A DNA stretch of 64,000 bases from an uncultured Alphaproteobacteria bacterium. Its GTDB lineage: Bacteria > Pseudomonadota > Alphaproteobacteria > RF32 > CAG-239. The notes beneath the pieces are model-generated. The model ran no database searches, was not told the DNA's origin, and was given only the letters and a program-made list of their open reading frames with translations. Within the stretch, counting starts at the first letter, position 1, and each line of letters begins with the position of its first letter. Where the stretch lies: the NCBI GenBank assembly GCA_944390895.1, contig CALXRQ010000005.1, positions 983 through 64,982 on the forward strand, written 5' to 3'. A program made the translations under genes and the position numbers. Positions 45,677-58,100 of this stretch are shown piece by piece.

Positions 45677-47134
45677 TTATCCGAGCTTTGACTTAAGGAG
45701 TTGGTTAACCATTCCGGGATTAGCCTTCCCCTTGGAGGCCTTCATGACCTGTCCGACGAACCACCCCATCAAAGCCGTTTTTCCGGCCTTATAAGCGGCA
45801 ACATTCTCCGGAGAAGAAGCGATAACCTCGTCAATAACGGCTTCAATAGCACCGCTGTCCGTCACCTGCTTCAATCCTTTTTCTTCTACAATCTTTTCGG
45901 GATCACCGCCGGTCTCGGCCATAATTGCAAACACGTCCTTGGCCGTTTTGCCGTTAATCACGTTCGAAGTTACCAACTCAACCAGTTTGCCGAGATTTTC
46001 CGCGCTGACCGGAGAATCTTTAAGTTCAACCTTTTTCTCGTTCAGCATCGCAAAAAAGTCGCCCATCAGCCAGTTTGCCACCTTTTTGGCATCATGCCCT
46101 TTGGCTGCCTTTTCAAAGAAGTCGGCCGTTTCGCGGTTTTCGCAGATAATCATGGCATCATAAGCCGTCAGACCGAGTTCGTTGACAAAGCGGGCTTTTT
46201 TGGCATCGGGAAGTTCGACCATATCTTTTTTAACCCGTTCGATATAAGCGTCGTCCAAAACCAGCGGCAAAAGATCCGGCTCCGGGAAATAGCGGTAGTC
46301 ATGAGCAAATTCTTTCTTGCGCATAACTTTGGTCTGCCCGGTTGAAGGATCAAACTGACGCGTTTCCTGAGCAATTGTTCCGCCGCTTTCATAAACCTCA
46401 ATATGGCGCTTGGCTTCGTTTTCAATTGCCTGCATGACGAATTTGACCGAATTGACGTTCTTCATTTCGCAGCGGGTACGCAGTTCGTCGCTGCCCAGCG
46501 GCCGCACCGAAACGTTGACGTCACAGCGCATGGAACCCTCGTCCATATTTCCGTCGCAGGTTCCGAGATACCGAACGATTGAACGCAGCTTGCGCAAAAA
46601 CGCGCCGGCCTCTTCCGGCGAACGGAAATCCGGTTTGGTCACAATCTCCATCAAACCGACGCCGGCCCTGTTCAAATCAATAAAGCTTTTGTCCGGCGCC
46701 ATATCATGAATAGACTTTCCGGCATCCTGCTCAATGTGCATTCTTTCAATGCGGATATCTTTGGTGGTACCGTCGCTCAGGTCAATGCTGATGGCACCCT
46801 CGCCCACAATCGGAAACTTAAACTGCGTAATCTGATATCCCTGCGGCAAATCGGCATAAAAATAATTTTTACGCGAAAATTCGGAATATTTGTTAATCTG
46901 CGCATTCAGTCCCAAACCGGTCTTGACTGCCTGATAAACACAGTGTTCGTTCAGGGTCGGCAGCATACCGGGCATGCCAGCGTCAACAAAAGAAACGTTC
47001 TCGTTGGCATCTGAACCGTAATGGGTCGAAGCCCCTGAAAACATTTTGGACTTGGAAATAATCTGGCAGTGAATCTCCAAACCGCAAACAATTTCCCATT
47101 TGCCTTTTGCCGTTTCAATAATCATTCCGCTCAT
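45677..47134 (-). CDS. gatB: Asp/Glu-tRNA amidotransferase subunit B
   Basis: WE.V.GLE.H.Q..., RCD.N.S, GatB_Yqey C-terminus. Follows gatA. Confidence 0.95.
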   Translation of the reverse strand: MSGMIIETAKGKWEIVCGLEIHCQIISKSKMFSGASTHYGSDANENVSFVDAGMPGMLPTLNEHCVYQAVKTGLGLNAQINKYSEFSRKNYFYADLPQGYQITQFKFPIVGEGAISIDLSDGTTKDIRIERMHIEQDAGKSIHDMAPDKSFIDLNRAGVGLMEIVTKPDFRSPEEAGAFLRKLRSIVRYLGTCDGNMDEGSMRCDVNVSVRPLGSDELRTRCEMKNVNSVKFVMQAIENEAKRHIEVYESGGTIAQETRQFDPSTGQTKVMRKKEFAHDYRYFPEPDLLPLVLDDAYIERVKKDMVELPDAKKARFVNELGLTAYDAMIICENRETADFFEKAAKGHDAKKVANWLMGDFFAMLNEKKVELKDSPVSAENLGKLVELVTSNVINGKTAKDVFAIMAETGGDPEKIVEEKGLKQVTDSGAIEAVIDEVIASSPENVAAYKAGKTALMGWFVGQVMKASKGKANPGMVNQLLKSKLG

Positions 47135-47135
47135 C

Positions 47136-48593
47136 TTATTTCTTCTCCATAAATTTCACATCTGCCTCCAAAGCGTCGGCAGCTTTGAATATCGTCGCTT
47201 CGTCAAAGGCTTTTCCTATCAGCTGCAACCCCAGCGGCAGCCCTTCTTTGGACAAGCCGATCGGCAGGCTCATTGCCGGCAGTCCCGCCAGATTGACCGA
47301 AACCGTAAACACGTCGTTCAGCCACATATTAATGGGATTCTCTGCCATAGACTTGTCCCCAATCGGAAAAGCCGCGGTCGGCGCCGTCGGAGTCAAAATC
47401 ACGTCGCATTTTTCAAAGGCATTCAGAAAATCCTGACGGATCAAGCGGCGCACTTTCTGCGCTTTCAGATAATAAGCGTCATAATAACCGGCAGACAAAA
47501 CATAAGTGCCGATCATAATGCGGCGTTTGACTTCCTTGCCGAACCCTTCCGTGCGGCTGTTAATATACATATTGTCCAAATGCTCGCCCGGCACCCGCAA
47601 TCCGAAGCGCAAACCGTCATAACGGGCCAGATTTGAAGAAGCCTCCGCCGGCGCAACAATATAATAAGTTGCAAGCGCATATTTGGTATGCGGCAGCGAT
47701 ATGTTGACAATTTCGGCGCCGCGGGCTTTCAGAATTTCAATTCCCTTGTCCCAATAAGCGGCAATTTCTTCATTCAACCCCTCTGGGCGATATTCTGCCG
47801 GAACACCTATTCTCAAACCTTTGATATCCTGTCCCAAAAACTTTTCAAAATCAGGAACTTCCGCTTTGGCCGAAGTTGAATCTTTGGCATCATAACCGGA
47901 CATGGTCTTCAGCAGCAGCGCACAGTCGCGTACGTCTTTGGCTATCGGTCCTGCCTGATCCAAAGACGAAGCAAAGGCAATAATGCCGTAACGGGAACAG
48001 CGGCCGTAAGTCGGCTTAATGCCGGTCACACCGCAAAATGCCGACGGCTGACGGATGGAACCGCCGGTATCGGTACCCGTTGCGCCCGCACACATGCCTG
48101 CGGCCACCGCGGCAGCCGAACCGCCGGAAGAACCGCCGGCCACCAAATCTTTATCTTTGCTCCACGGATTAACCACTGGACCATAGTAGCTTGTCTCGTT
48201 GCTGCCGCCCATGGCAAACTCGTCCATATTCAGCTTGCCCAGAACCGAAGCGCCCGCATTTAAAAGCTTAGACGTAACCGTTGATTCGTATTGCGGCTCA
48301 AAACCGTCCAAGATATGCGAACAAGCCGTCGTACGGATGTCTTTGGTACAAAACAGGTCTTTGATTCCGAGCGGAATACCCTCCAAAGCGCCGTTCGTTC
48401 CGTTTGCATATTTTTCATCGGAAACCCTGGCCTGGGCCAAAGCAATCTCCGGCGTTTCCAAAACATAGGCGTTCAACCGGCGCTTGTTTTCCATTTCCTT
48501 AATGTAAGCCTGCGTCAGTTCCACGGCGCTGAATTCTTTCTTTTTAAGCCCGTCAAGAGCCTCGGCTATTGTTAATTTTGTTAAATCGCTCAT
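47136..48593 (-). CDS. gatA: Asp/Glu-tRNA amidotransferase subunit A
   Basis: Amidase signature [12 protein letters not shown]...GTDTGGSIR. 485 aa. Confidence 0.95.
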   Translation of the reverse strand: MSDLTKLTIAEALDGLKKKEFSAVELTQAYIKEMENKRRLNAYVLETPEIALAQARVSDEKYANGTNGALEGIPLGIKDLFCTKDIRTTACSHILDGFEPQYESTVTSKLLNAGASVLGKLNMDEFAMGGSNETSYYGPVVNPWSKDKDLVAGGSSGGSAAAVAAGMCAGATGTDTGGSIRQPSAFCGVTGIKPTYGRCSRYGIIAFASSLDQAGPIAKDVRDCALLLKTMSGYDAKDSTSAKAEVPDFEKFLGQDIKGLRIGVPAEYRPEGLNEEIAAYWDKGIEILKARGAEIVNISLPHTKYALATYYIVAPAEASSNLARYDGLRFGLRVPGEHLDNMYINSRTEGFGKEVKRRIMIGTYVLSAGYYDAYYLKAQKVRRLIRQDFLNAFEKCDVILTPTAPTAAFPIGDKSMAENPINMWLNDVFTVSVNLAGLPAMSLPIGLSKEGLPLGLQLIGKAFDEATIFKAADALEADVKFMEKK

Positions 48594-48765
48594 TTTTTCT
48601 TATCTCTCGCTTTTTTACCATTCTAAATTTTCTAAAAATCATCAAAAACTCAAAGAGCGCGGCAAATAATAAGATTTCAGGAATTTTGCGAAGGAGTGTA
48701 CAAAGAGGTACATGACCGAGCAAAATATCCGCAAAATCTGTATTAGTTGCTCGTTATGTGAGTTT

Positions 48766-49053
48766 TTATTCGACAACTTTCGGCACCGTAAAATACCCAT
48801 ACTGAGCCTGCGGCGCATTCTTAAGAACGGCCTGCGACTGATTGCCGTCGCTGACTGCGTCTTCACGCAAAATCAGATGACTGTCGTTTACCGAAACCAG
48901 CGGCTCGACCCCGTCGGTGTTTACCTCGTTCAGTTGCTCTACCCAATTGAGAATCTTGTTAAATTCATCCTCGGCTTCCTTGATTTTATCGTCTTCGATT
49001 TTCAGTCGTGACAAAAAAGCCACTCTTTTCACGGTTTCTGTATCTATAGCCAT
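48766..49053 (-). CDS. gatC: Asp/Glu-tRNA amidotransferase subunit C
   Basis: 95 aa. V..VA.L.RL........F...L..I...V..L.EV.T..VEP pattern. Confidence 0.9.
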   Translation of the reverse strand: MAIDTETVKRVAFLSRLKIEDDKIKEAEDEFNKILNWVEQLNEVNTDGVEPLVSVNDSHLILREDAVSDGNQSQAVLKNAPQAQYGYFTVPKVVE

Positions 49054-49123
49054 TTTACTTTCCTCTTTTTTAAACTCGTTTTAAAATAGAACAATTCTCT
49101 AATATTGCAATAAGAAATCACGC

Positions 49124-50944
49124 TCAGAAGACAATTTTAAGAGGCGGCAGCACGGCATCAAAGCGCAGGCGGCGCAGCCCTTCATAGGTTTCCGTCTCAA
49201 ATCCTGCCTCCGACAACATCTGCTTTACATAAATTCCTTTGCCGCTGTTTATCAGCAGCCGGATTTTTTCTTGAAGGCTCTTTTCCCGCGGATAATAAAC
49301 CAGACGGAACTTTTCGCCTGGCTTCATTTCCGCCAGTTCCTGAGCCTTGGCCACCGCAGCCTCAATTCCGCCCAGACCGTCGGCAAGGCCGTTCTCAACC
49401 GCACTCTCCCCGGTCCATACCCGTCCGCGGGCCAGTTTGTCCATCTCTTTGAGATTAATTTTTCTCGCCTCGGAAACTTTTAATGTAAAATCTTCATAAA
49501 CCCTATCTAATGATTTGTTAAATATATTCTTTTCTGATTTTGAAAATTTTTGATTCGAACTCAGGATGCCGGCGTTCTCGCCAAAACTCATGCGCTCCCA
49601 GTTCACTCCGAGCTTTTTCCATAACCCCTCCAGCACCATTTTTCCGCCCAAAACACCGATAGAACCGGTAATAGTCGACGGCTCGGCCATAATATAGTCG
49701 CCGCCCAATGCCACGAAATATCCGCCGGAAGCGGCATAATCCCCCATCGAAACCACAATCGGAATTTTCTTTTGCAGCTTCAACTGTTTCAGGGCATACC
49801 AGATTTCATTGGACGCCCCGTAAGAGCCTCCCGGAGAATTAATACGCAAAACCAATGCCTTCACATCATCATCTTCAACAATTTGTTCAATATCAGCCAA
49901 GACCGTATCCGCTCCGGTAATCGCTTCGTCCCGCACCGGAGAACGATAACTCGGCCCTTCGGCAATAACGCCGTCTATCGTCATGAAAGCCACCGCCGGA
50001 ACGCTTTTGCCAAAACTTTTCAGGCTGGCCGCATAACTCATAACATCCACATATTCGGCGCCGGTTGCCGTCTTCAGCGCGGCGGCCAAATCCTGCCGAA
50101 AACCAATCTTGTCTATCAGCCCGGCTTCAAGCGCCTCTTTTGCGCTGAGCGGCGCCTGATTAATCAGCCGCTCGACTTTCTGCTTGTCCGTTTTCCTCGC
50201 TGACGCAATATCCGAAACAATCCGCCCGAAAATATCCTTGCCCAGACGGTTCAGCTCACTGCGATAAGCATCGGACATCTTCTCTTCCGTCAAAGACGCC
50301 ATGGCGGTCTTATATTCGTAGCGCTGATAAAATTCCGGCGTAACGCCTATCTTATCCAAAACCTTTTTGAAAAAAGGCACTTCAAGCGCCAAACCGGTTA
50401 TTCCGGCCTCGGCGTTCGGCTGCATCCAGATTTCGTCAAAGGCCGTAGCCAGATAATACGCCCGGGTTCCCTGCCCGAAAGAACCGAAACTGCCGGAAAA
50501 CAGATACGCTTTCTTGCCGCTTTTGCGAAACTGAAAAACAGCGTCCCGCAGATCCTGAATTTGCGCCAACCCCAGCCCGGTATTGCTGACTGTCGCGGAA
50601 ATGGCCTTTATCCTGTCGTCTCCGGCGGCAATGTTAATAGCCTTAATCAGATCCAGAAACGTCTGCGAGCGTACGCCGGTCACTTCCGCCAGCAGATCGT
50701 CACTCCGCGTTTCGGAATAGTTGTCGTCAAAATTAATGCTCAGCACCGCCTGATCCGGCACCGGAACAATCTGAGCCGACTGCGGCTTAAGCATGGAAAT
50801 GACGACAATAAGCAGCAAAATAAACAGAATGCCGAAAATCGCAAACGAATAAATTAAAGACTTAAGCAGGATTCTTGCCACCAAGATTTTTTTTCTGTTC
50901 TTTTTAATGTCAACGGACGGAAAAGGACTGTCAAACTCTGTCAT
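49124..50944 (-). CDS. sppA: signal peptide peptidase SppA, 67K type
   Basis: N-terminal TM helix and two ClpP/S49 domains (SPGG..., AASGGY). Confidence 0.85.
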   Translation of the reverse strand: MTEFDSPFPSVDIKKNRKKILVARILLKSLIYSFAIFGILFILLLIVVISMLKPQSAQIVPVPDQAVLSINFDDNYSETRSDDLLAEVTGVRSQTFLDLIKAINIAAGDDRIKAISATVSNTGLGLAQIQDLRDAVFQFRKSGKKAYLFSGSFGSFGQGTRAYYLATAFDEIWMQPNAEAGITGLALEVPFFKKVLDKIGVTPEFYQRYEYKTAMASLTEEKMSDAYRSELNRLGKDIFGRIVSDIASARKTDKQKVERLINQAPLSAKEALEAGLIDKIGFRQDLAAALKTATGAEYVDVMSYAASLKSFGKSVPAVAFMTIDGVIAEGPSYRSPVRDEAITGADTVLADIEQIVEDDDVKALVLRINSPGGSYGASNEIWYALKQLKLQKKIPIVVSMGDYAASGGYFVALGGDYIMAEPSTITGSIGVLGGKMVLEGLWKKLGVNWERMSFGENAGILSSNQKFSKSEKNIFNKSLDRVYEDFTLKVSEARKINLKEMDKLARGRVWTGESAVENGLADGLGGIEAAVAKAQELAEMKPGEKFRLVYYPREKSLQEKIRLLINSGKGIYVKQMLSEAGFETETYEGLRRLRFDAVLPPLKIVF

Positions 50945-51039
50945 AAAAAAACACTTCCCGATAAAAAATAAAGACCACTGAAATCAATGGCCTTTATTCT
51001 AAATGATTATCCTGCTTTCACAAGATTATTTTATAAGTT

Positions 51040-51867
51040 TTACTCTGCCAGAGCGGCGGCCGTCTCGGCAGCTTTGTCCAAATTCAGCATACCCTGAATA
51101 TGATAACCGCAGTCAACGTGCAAAACTTCGCCGGTAATGCCGGTGCCGATGGAAGAAAGCAGACCCAATGCGGCCATGCCGACTTCTTCCTGAGTAACGT
51201 TGCGGCGCAGCGGAGCATTAAGCTCGTTCCAATGCAGAATCTTGCGAAAATCACCGATTCCGGAAGCGGCCAGCGTCTTAATCGGACCGGCGGAAATCGC
51301 ATTAACGCGAACACCCTGAGCGCCCATATCGCCGGCGGCATAACGAACCGCGGCTTCCAAAGCGGCTTTGGCAACGCCCATAATATTATAGTTCGGAAGG
51401 ATTCTTTCACCGCCGAGGTAGGTCAGCGTAACAATGGAACCGCCTTCGTTCATAATCGGAGAAGCGCAGCGACAGGCTTCCAGAAAAGAATAGCACGAAA
51501 TCTGCATCGTATTTACAAAATTGGCGCGGCTGGTATCAATCGTACGACCCTTCAGCTCGTTTTTGTCGGAAAAGGCAATGGCATGAACCACAAAATCAAT
51601 TTTGCCCCATTTGTCGCCCAGTTCCTTAAAGCAGGCTTCAACGCTCTCTGAATAGGAAACATCGCACTTAATCAGCAGAGATTCCTTGTCCAACTGGGCC
51701 GCCAGCGGCTGAACCCTTTTCTCAAGGGCTTCGTTCTGATAAGAAATCGCAATTTGAGCTCCTTGAGCATTCAGAGCCTGAGCAATACCCCAGGCGATAG
51801 ATTTGTCATTGGCAAGGCCCATGATCAGACCTTTTTTGCCAGCCATCAGAGGCGCAGGTGTAGCCAT
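51040..51867 (-). CDS. fabI: enoyl-ACP reductase (NADH)
   Basis: GKKGLIMG.AN..SIAWGIA N-terminus, Y..M...K catalytic pattern, SAGPI.T. Confidence 0.9.
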   Translation of the reverse strand: MATPAPLMAGKKGLIMGLANDKSIAWGIAQALNAQGAQIAISYQNEALEKRVQPLAAQLDKESLLIKCDVSYSESVEACFKELGDKWGKIDFVVHAIAFSDKNELKGRTIDTSRANFVNTMQISCYSFLEACRCASPIMNEGGSIVTLTYLGGERILPNYNIMGVAKAALEAAVRYAAGDMGAQGVRVNAISAGPIKTLAASGIGDFRKILHWNELNAPLRRNVTQEEVGMAALGLLSSIGTGITGEVLHVDCGYHIQGMLNLDKAAETAAALAE

Positions 51868-51977
51868 AATATTTTCCTTTGCTTTCTAAAAAAAATTAAA
51901 TATATTATGTAAAAACTCTCAAACACTTATTATAAAATTTAATATCGTTTGTAAACAACTTTTTTTATGGAGCCAGT

Positions 51978-52913
51978 ATGTATTGGAAAACCGGAATCAA
52001 AACCGCGGCAGAAACCGTTAAAAACTTCACCGTCTTTCTTTTTCACCGAGCGCAAAACGATACGATTTTCCGGGTTTCAGCCTCTCTGAGCTATACGTCT
52101 CTGATTGCGATTGTGCCGCTGTTTGCAATAGGTTTGGCCATTTTTTCGGCCTTTCCGGGTTTTACCGCCATTAAGGAGCAGTTTCAGGACTTCATCCTCA
52201 AAAACTTTGTTCCCGACATCGAACAGGAAATCAGCCATTATTTCGTGGACTTCCTGAATGCAACCGCCCAAATGACCACCATCGGCGTCATCGGTCTGGT
52301 CATTACTTCCATTCTGATGCTCTCCACCATAGAAAACAGTCTCAACTTCATATTTAAAGTATACAAGCCCCGCAACGTCAAAACCAAAATCACCTTATAC
52401 TGGACCGTCATCACTTTGGGACCGCTGCTTCTGGGTGCGGCTTTTTCCCTGCGCAGCTACCTTTTCACCCTGCAGCGTTTTATGCCTGAAGAAATCGTCA
52501 CCTCGCCGCTGTTCCTGAGCGATATGCTTCCAAGCCTGATAACCATGCTGACCCTGATTATGGTATATGTGCTGGTTCCCAACAAAAAGGTCAAAATTGC
52601 CAACGCCGGCATCGGCGCCGTCATCGCCGTCATTCTGTTTTGGTTTTTGCGCAAGGGATTCGGCCTCATCATTCTGCAAAGCGCAACCTATAAGACCATT
52701 TACGGCGCGCTGGCCACGCTCCCCATCTTTCTGATCTGGATGTATCTGGCCTGGGCCGTCGTCATCTTCGGCGCCGTCGTCACCGCCGCCCTCGAAGAGT
52801 TTCAGGCCTTGGAAAGCCCCGAAGAAAAAGAAGTGAAAACAAACCGTTATCTTCACCGCATCAAAAAAAGCATTCCTTATCGAAAAAAGTTCTTGCAAAA
52901 AGAACAAAAGTAG
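51978..52913 (+). CDS. YihY/BrkB family membrane protein
   Basis: SLSYTSLIAIVPL..., six TM helices, basic C-terminal tail. Confidence 0.8.
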   Translation: MYWKTGIKTAAETVKNFTVFLFHRAQNDTIFRVSASLSYTSLIAIVPLFAIGLAIFSAFPGFTAIKEQFQDFILKNFVPDIEQEISHYFVDFLNATAQMTTIGVIGLVITSILMLSTIENSLNFIFKVYKPRNVKTKITLYWTVITLGPLLLGAAFSLRSYLFTLQRFMPEEIVTSPLFLSDMLPSLITMLTLIMVYVLVPNKKVKIANAGIGAVIAVILFWFLRKGFGLIILQSATYKTIYGALATLPIFLIWMYLAWAVVIFGAVVTAALEEFQALESPEEKEVKTNRYLHRIKKSIPYRKKFLQKEQK

Positions 52914-53016
52914 TACATTTTATTTTCCATAGGGATAAGTGCTAAAGTCAAATTGTATTTTCCGGCCAGGCATTTATAACAATGTTTACATACAAAACTT
53001 ATAAGAGGTAAAAAAT

Positions 53017-54051
53017 ATGGATAAGCAGAAAGCACTGGACGCCGCACTGGGGCAGATTGAAAAGGCCTTTGGCAAAGGTTCCATTATGAGACTCGGCCAA
53101 AACGATGCCAGCGTTGACATTGAGGCCATTTCCACCGGTTCCATCGGCATTGACATCGCGCTCGGCATCGGCGGCATGCCCAAAGGCCGCATTGTCGAAA
53201 TCTACGGTCCCGAAAGCTCAGGTAAAACCACGCTGGCCTTAAGCGTCATTGCTCAGGCTCAGAAAAAAGGCGGAACCTGCGCCTTCATCGACGCGGAACA
53301 TGCGTTGGATCCGTCCTATGCCAAGAAAATCGGCGTAGACATTGAAAATCTGCTTATTTCCCAGCCTGATGCCGGCGAACAGGCCTTGGAAATCACCGAC
53401 ACGCTGGTTCGTTCCGGCGCCATTGACGTTCTGGTTGTCGACTCTGTAGCGGCACTGGTTCCCAAAGCCGAGCTCGAGGGCGAAATGGGCGATCAGCATA
53501 TGGGACTTCAGGCCCGCCTGATGAGCCAGGCTCTGCGCAAGCTGACCGCTACCGTTTCCCGTTCCAACACGCTGGTTATTTTCATCAACCAGATTCGTAT
53601 GAAACTCGGCGTCATGTTCGGCAGCCCCGAAACCACCACCGGCGGCAACGCGCTCAAGTTTTACGCCTCGGTTCGCATTGACATCCGCAGCATCGGCAAA
53701 ATCAAAGACAAAGAAGACATCATCGGCACTCAGACCAGAGTCAAAATCGTCAAAAACAAAGTTGCGCCGCCGTTCAAGGTTGTCGATTTTGACATTATGT
53801 ACGGCGAAGGAATTTCCAAAACCGGCGAACTGATTGACCTCGGCATCAAATCCGGCATTGTTGAAAAAGCCGGCGCCTGGTTCTCCTACAAAGGCGAAAA
53901 ACTCGGCCAGGGACGCGAAAACGCCAAGTTGTTTCTGAAAGAACACGAAGACGTTGCGCAGGAGATTGAAAACAAAATCCGCGCCGATGCCGGCCACATC
54001 ACCACCGAAATGATCGGCGATGAAGAACCTGTTGCCGTCGGAGAAGAATAA
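53017..54051 (+). CDS. recA: recombinase RecA
   Basis: Canonical sequence ([36 protein letters not shown]). Confidence 0.97.
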   Translation: MDKQKALDAALGQIEKAFGKGSIMRLGQNDASVDIEAISTGSIGIDIALGIGGMPKGRIVEIYGPESSGKTTLALSVIAQAQKKGGTCAFIDAEHALDPSYAKKIGVDIENLLISQPDAGEQALEITDTLVRSGAIDVLVVDSVAALVPKAELEGEMGDQHMGLQARLMSQALRKLTATVSRSNTLVIFINQIRMKLGVMFGSPETTTGGNALKFYASVRIDIRSIGKIKDKEDIIGTQTRVKIVKNKVAPPFKVVDFDIMYGEGISKTGELIDLGIKSGIVEKAGAWFSYKGEKLGQGRENAKLFLKEHEDVAQEIENKIRADAGHITTEMIGDEEPVAVGEE

Positions 54052-54091
54052 CAGCTATTCTCCAAGCCTCTCCGAAGGCAGGAACACACCG

Positions 54092-54121
54092 AACGCTCCC
54101 CATCTGCCGGGGAGCGTTTTT
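54092..54121 (+). terminator. rho-independent terminator of recA
   Basis: acgctcccc / ggggagcgt 9-bp stem followed by T5. Confidence 0.85.
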
Positions 54122-54330
54122 ATATCAGAATTCTAAACATTTTCCTGAAATGCAAACCAAAAATTAATACTTATGCTCTTATAATCAGCTTAAAAATAAT
54201 TATATTAAGCAAAAATATTTAAACAAAAATTTGACAAATTTAAAAAAATATTATAAATATGGTGAAAAAATAACTTCGGGTATTCAGAACATTACCTTTC
54301 AATACTCAGAAAATTTGTAAGTGAGGGAAT

Positions 54331-54996
54331 ATGAAAAAACTTTTAGCTATATCAGCCATTGCTCTCTTAGCCGGTTGCGCCTGCTTTGAATGCGAAGAAG
54401 ATTACATCGAAGAAACGGCTCCGGTTGAAGCTCCGGCTAATGTTTACAGAGGTTTGGACGATCGCGGATGCAGCTATCTCACTGACGAAGACTGCAAACG
54501 TGACCGCAGATCTTATGTCCAGTCTCAAAATTATCAGCAGCGGGCTGATTTATATGTAGCCGATTATCCGCAGCCGCAAAATAACGTAGCTTACCGGGAA
54601 GAAATCAATATTCAGGAAACACAGACGGCAGCTCCCGCTCCCGCTCCGGCTCCCGTTCCCGTAACGGTTACCACACCTTCCGCCGCTGACTTGGCTGCTT
54701 GCGAAGCTCTGCAGTCTACCAGCAGCGAATCGACTTTGCCCGACGGTTCTCCCTGCCCGGCCAAAATCAGAGAGACTCGCGAACCGGTTGAAATCGTTTA
54801 CAAGAAAACGACTTACAAAACCGTTTATGAACCCAAAACAACGTCCAGCGTAACTTACGAAAAAGAACCCTATAAACCGGGCGTTGAAATTAAAGCTACC
54901 GGCGACGTTGAAACTACGGTCACTAAAACCACGACAACGACCTCTACAACCACGACCACAACCGAGGATATCCTGCCGGCCGAAGAAATCAAATGA
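54331..54996 (+). CDS. lipoprotein with Pro/Ala linker and poly-Thr tract
   Basis: GAGGGAAT RBS, lipobox LLAGC, APAPAPAPVP linker, TKTTTTTSTTTTTTE tract. Confidence 0.7.
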   Translation: MKKLLAISAIALLAGCACFECEEDYIEETAPVEAPANVYRGLDDRGCSYLTDEDCKRDRRSYVQSQNYQQRADLYVADYPQPQNNVAYREEINIQETQTAAPAPAPAPVPVTVTTPSAADLAACEALQSTSSESTLPDGSPCPAKIRETREPVEIVYKKTTYKTVYEPKTTSSVTYEKEPYKPGVEIKATGDVETTVTKTTTTTSTTTTTTEDILPAEEIK

Positions 54997-55033
54997 GTTT
55001 GAATGTTTACATACACAATAAACTCTAATGATG

Positions 55034-55067
55034 GAAAATGCCTCCGCTTTTCAGCGGAGGCATTTTT
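55034..55067 (+). terminator. rho-independent terminator
   Basis: atgcctccgc / gcggaggcat 10-bp stem followed by T6. Confidence 0.85.
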
Positions 55068-55182
55068 TCATGCTCTGAGCCAATATTCCGCCCGGTATAA
55101 AACGGCACGCGGCCATTGATTAACACCGGACGACTGAATAATCAGACAAAATCTGTAAAGAGCGCCTGTTCATTATATATAA

Positions 55183-58100
55183 TCAAAACTTCCAATTAAC
55201 GCCGGCATCTATCTGCCAGCCGCCGTCATCTTCAATGTATTTATTGTAACGGCTGTAGAGGTTAAACTGCTGATACTGATATTCGGCACCGACCGAGAGA
55301 ACCGTGCGGTTACGCTGCACCTTATAACTGTTCAGCCCGTATTCGCCGGACATTCCAGCCATTCTGGCCGAAAGATTGGCATAAGGATCGCCAAATTCAT
55401 GATAGAAAGTGCCGCCGGCTCGCAATCTGACTTCATGATTTTCACCCAGCGCGAAAGTTTTCTTGGCATAAAGACCTATACCGGCCTCAACCGACAAATT
55501 ATTGGCGGCGTCAATATCAAGCTTGCCATCTTCCTTCATATCGTCCTGATAAAGTCCCAAAATGTTAAATTCGATAATCGGCTCAAAAACCAGCGCTTCC
55601 AAATCAATCTCCCGGCGCAGTTCATTGGCAATGCCGTAATAATAAACGTCCGTGTCCGCCCCGAAAACGTTTCCGTCGGCATAACGTCGGTAATCGCCCC
55701 AGCCGTATCCCAACCGCGGCGTAGAAATAAAACTGTAGGTATCGTCCTGATACAATACCGGCGCAAAAAGCTGAACAATGTTTTCATCCCGGCTGCCGCG
55801 ACCGTCATATTTGCTGTCAAACCGGGTATAACTCAAACCGAAACCATAACGCCAATAAGCGTCATATTTACGGTCAAAAATACCATAGACCGTGCTGACA
55901 TCGTCTTTATAGCCCGCCAATGTCGCCGTTCCGTCCTGCTCGCGGTACATATAGTCATACCCGACAGTTGCGCGTTCTTCCTTGGTATCGGTATTGTTCA
56001 ACACCGTATTGTTGATATTGCGGTTCAAGCTCTTGATCACATCCAGATTCTGCTTGGCAAAATTCGGAAAGAAATCCAGCCCGAGTTCGGTTGAAGCCTT
56101 GGCATTCAAACTACTGTGTGCCCCGGCTGTTTTCAAATCGTCATACAAATCTACGCCGTTGCCGGCAACATAGTTTTCTTCCAGAAATGCCGCCGCCGAC
56201 TTATTGTCAATAATATCGTCAAACGCCTTTCTGTTCATAACCACATCCTGACTGCCGTCGCCGCCGTCCTTAAGCGAAGCCTCAAACATATAAGACGCCG
56301 ACGTCAACTCAATCCCCGTGTCTTCACCGACAAAAGCCTTTTCGCTGACATAGGAATCTTCATTGCTTCCGGTAACAATGTTGTTGGAAGCATATACCTT
56401 TCCGCTGATTTCCGGAGCATTAAAAGTTCCGCCTTTCATCAGATAAACGCTGCCGTCGCCAAAACTGTTCAAATCCAGCGCAGCGTCAGAAGTCGTACTG
56501 CCGGCGTTTTCATAAATGGCGCCGTTTTCAAGACAGATGAATGAATCGCACTGCGAGGCTCCCGTATAAGCTTCCGAACCCACTTTTTGCGACACATTGG
56601 TCATATTCGCATCAGTAATTTTTATGGTACCGTTGTTCTGAATGGCCGAACCGATGCCGCTGGCATACATAGCCGTATTATTGTCGCCTTGCATAAGGAT
56701 CGTACCGTCGTTAATTGCCCTGGCTGCCACCGTAATAACGCCGTTTTCGTCTTTGAGCGAAGCATTGTCATATTCTACCTTCATACCATAGGCGTTGTTG
56801 GATTTGACAATCAACTCTCCGCTGTTGGTTATGGTTCCGGCACCCGACAAAGACATCCCGACCACGCTGCCGCTGTTTTTGTAAGCCGCATTAATTTCAA
56901 TCTTGCCGGAATTGGTCAGCGTTGAATCCGTAGACGTAATCGTCGACGAATCATCTTCCGTTTCGGCAAAATAATTGCCGGCTCTCATGGCGGCAATCGT
57001 TTCTGCTTTGCCGTCATTATCATTAATGGTAATTGTCCCCTCATTGGTCAGCGTACCGGCGTCTTCCGCCCACATCGCCGCCAGTCTGGCTGTCGCCGCC
57101 CCGTTGTTGTCTAAAACGATTTCGCCCTTTTCGCCGTTTGTTGCTGTCATGGTGCTGAATACCTTCTGATCCTCAATCACCAATCCGGTTTCCGTATACA
57201 TGGCGTAAGCCTGCCCCGAAAGACTTCCGCTGCCGGCCGTATCGGAAACAACCGCAAGCTTAGCCTTGTTGTCAAAGGTAACGGAAGCAGAATTTTCTCC
57301 GTCATTACGTCCAATCATTCCTGCGGAAGAAACGTTCATCACACCGCCCTCGGCATTGGTAACCGAGGCCGAAGTTGTCGTCACGCCGATTTCGGCCGTC
57401 ACAGTACCGCTGTTTTCCACAGACCCCGAAGCCAGAGAGAAACCATATTGGCTTGCCGTAATCGTTCCCGCATTTTTAAATGTGCCGGATCCGGTTGACA
57501 TCATAGCTGCTTCTCCGGTCGCCGTAATATCAGCGCCTTCGGCATTGGTCAGACTGCCCGAAGACGTGCTCATGCCGACCGAAGCCGTCACCGTACCTTT
57601 GTTTTCTCCGGAAGAAGAAGCCATAATGCCCGTGCCTCCGTCTGCGGAAACGCCGCCTTCATTGACCACCGTATCGCCGGAAAGGCCGTTGCCGTCGGAT
57701 ATAACGGTTCCCTTATTGGTGACGCTGCCACCCGAAATCGCCGTTCCGCTTCCCTTGATTTCCACCAGCGCGCCCAATCCGTTGGTAACGCTGCCGCTCG
57801 CCGTATAAATGCCGGTGCCGCCGTTGGTCATGGTAATGGTGCCGTTGTTCTCAACATCGCCGCTGCTGTCGGTCTTAATACCGTAGTTTCCGCCGCTTCC
57901 GCTGCCGCTGACTTCGATTGTGCCGTTGTTAATCTGCTTGCCTTCACCAATTTCCATACCGACACCGCCGCCGGAAACGGTTATTTCCTTATTATTGGTA
58001 ATATTACCCTTTTTCACATAAATGCCGGTGCCGCCCTGCCCCGAAGCAACCACATTGATTTTTCCGTCATTGGTAACGTTTGCCTCTTCAGAAACCCAGA

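Noticed and set aside
48594-48765. 172-nt gap between gatC and gatA examined for an sRNA or small gene
   Set aside because: I found no convincing hairpin terminator, promoter, RBS-led ORF or repeat. It is probably just an unusually long intercistronic spacer.
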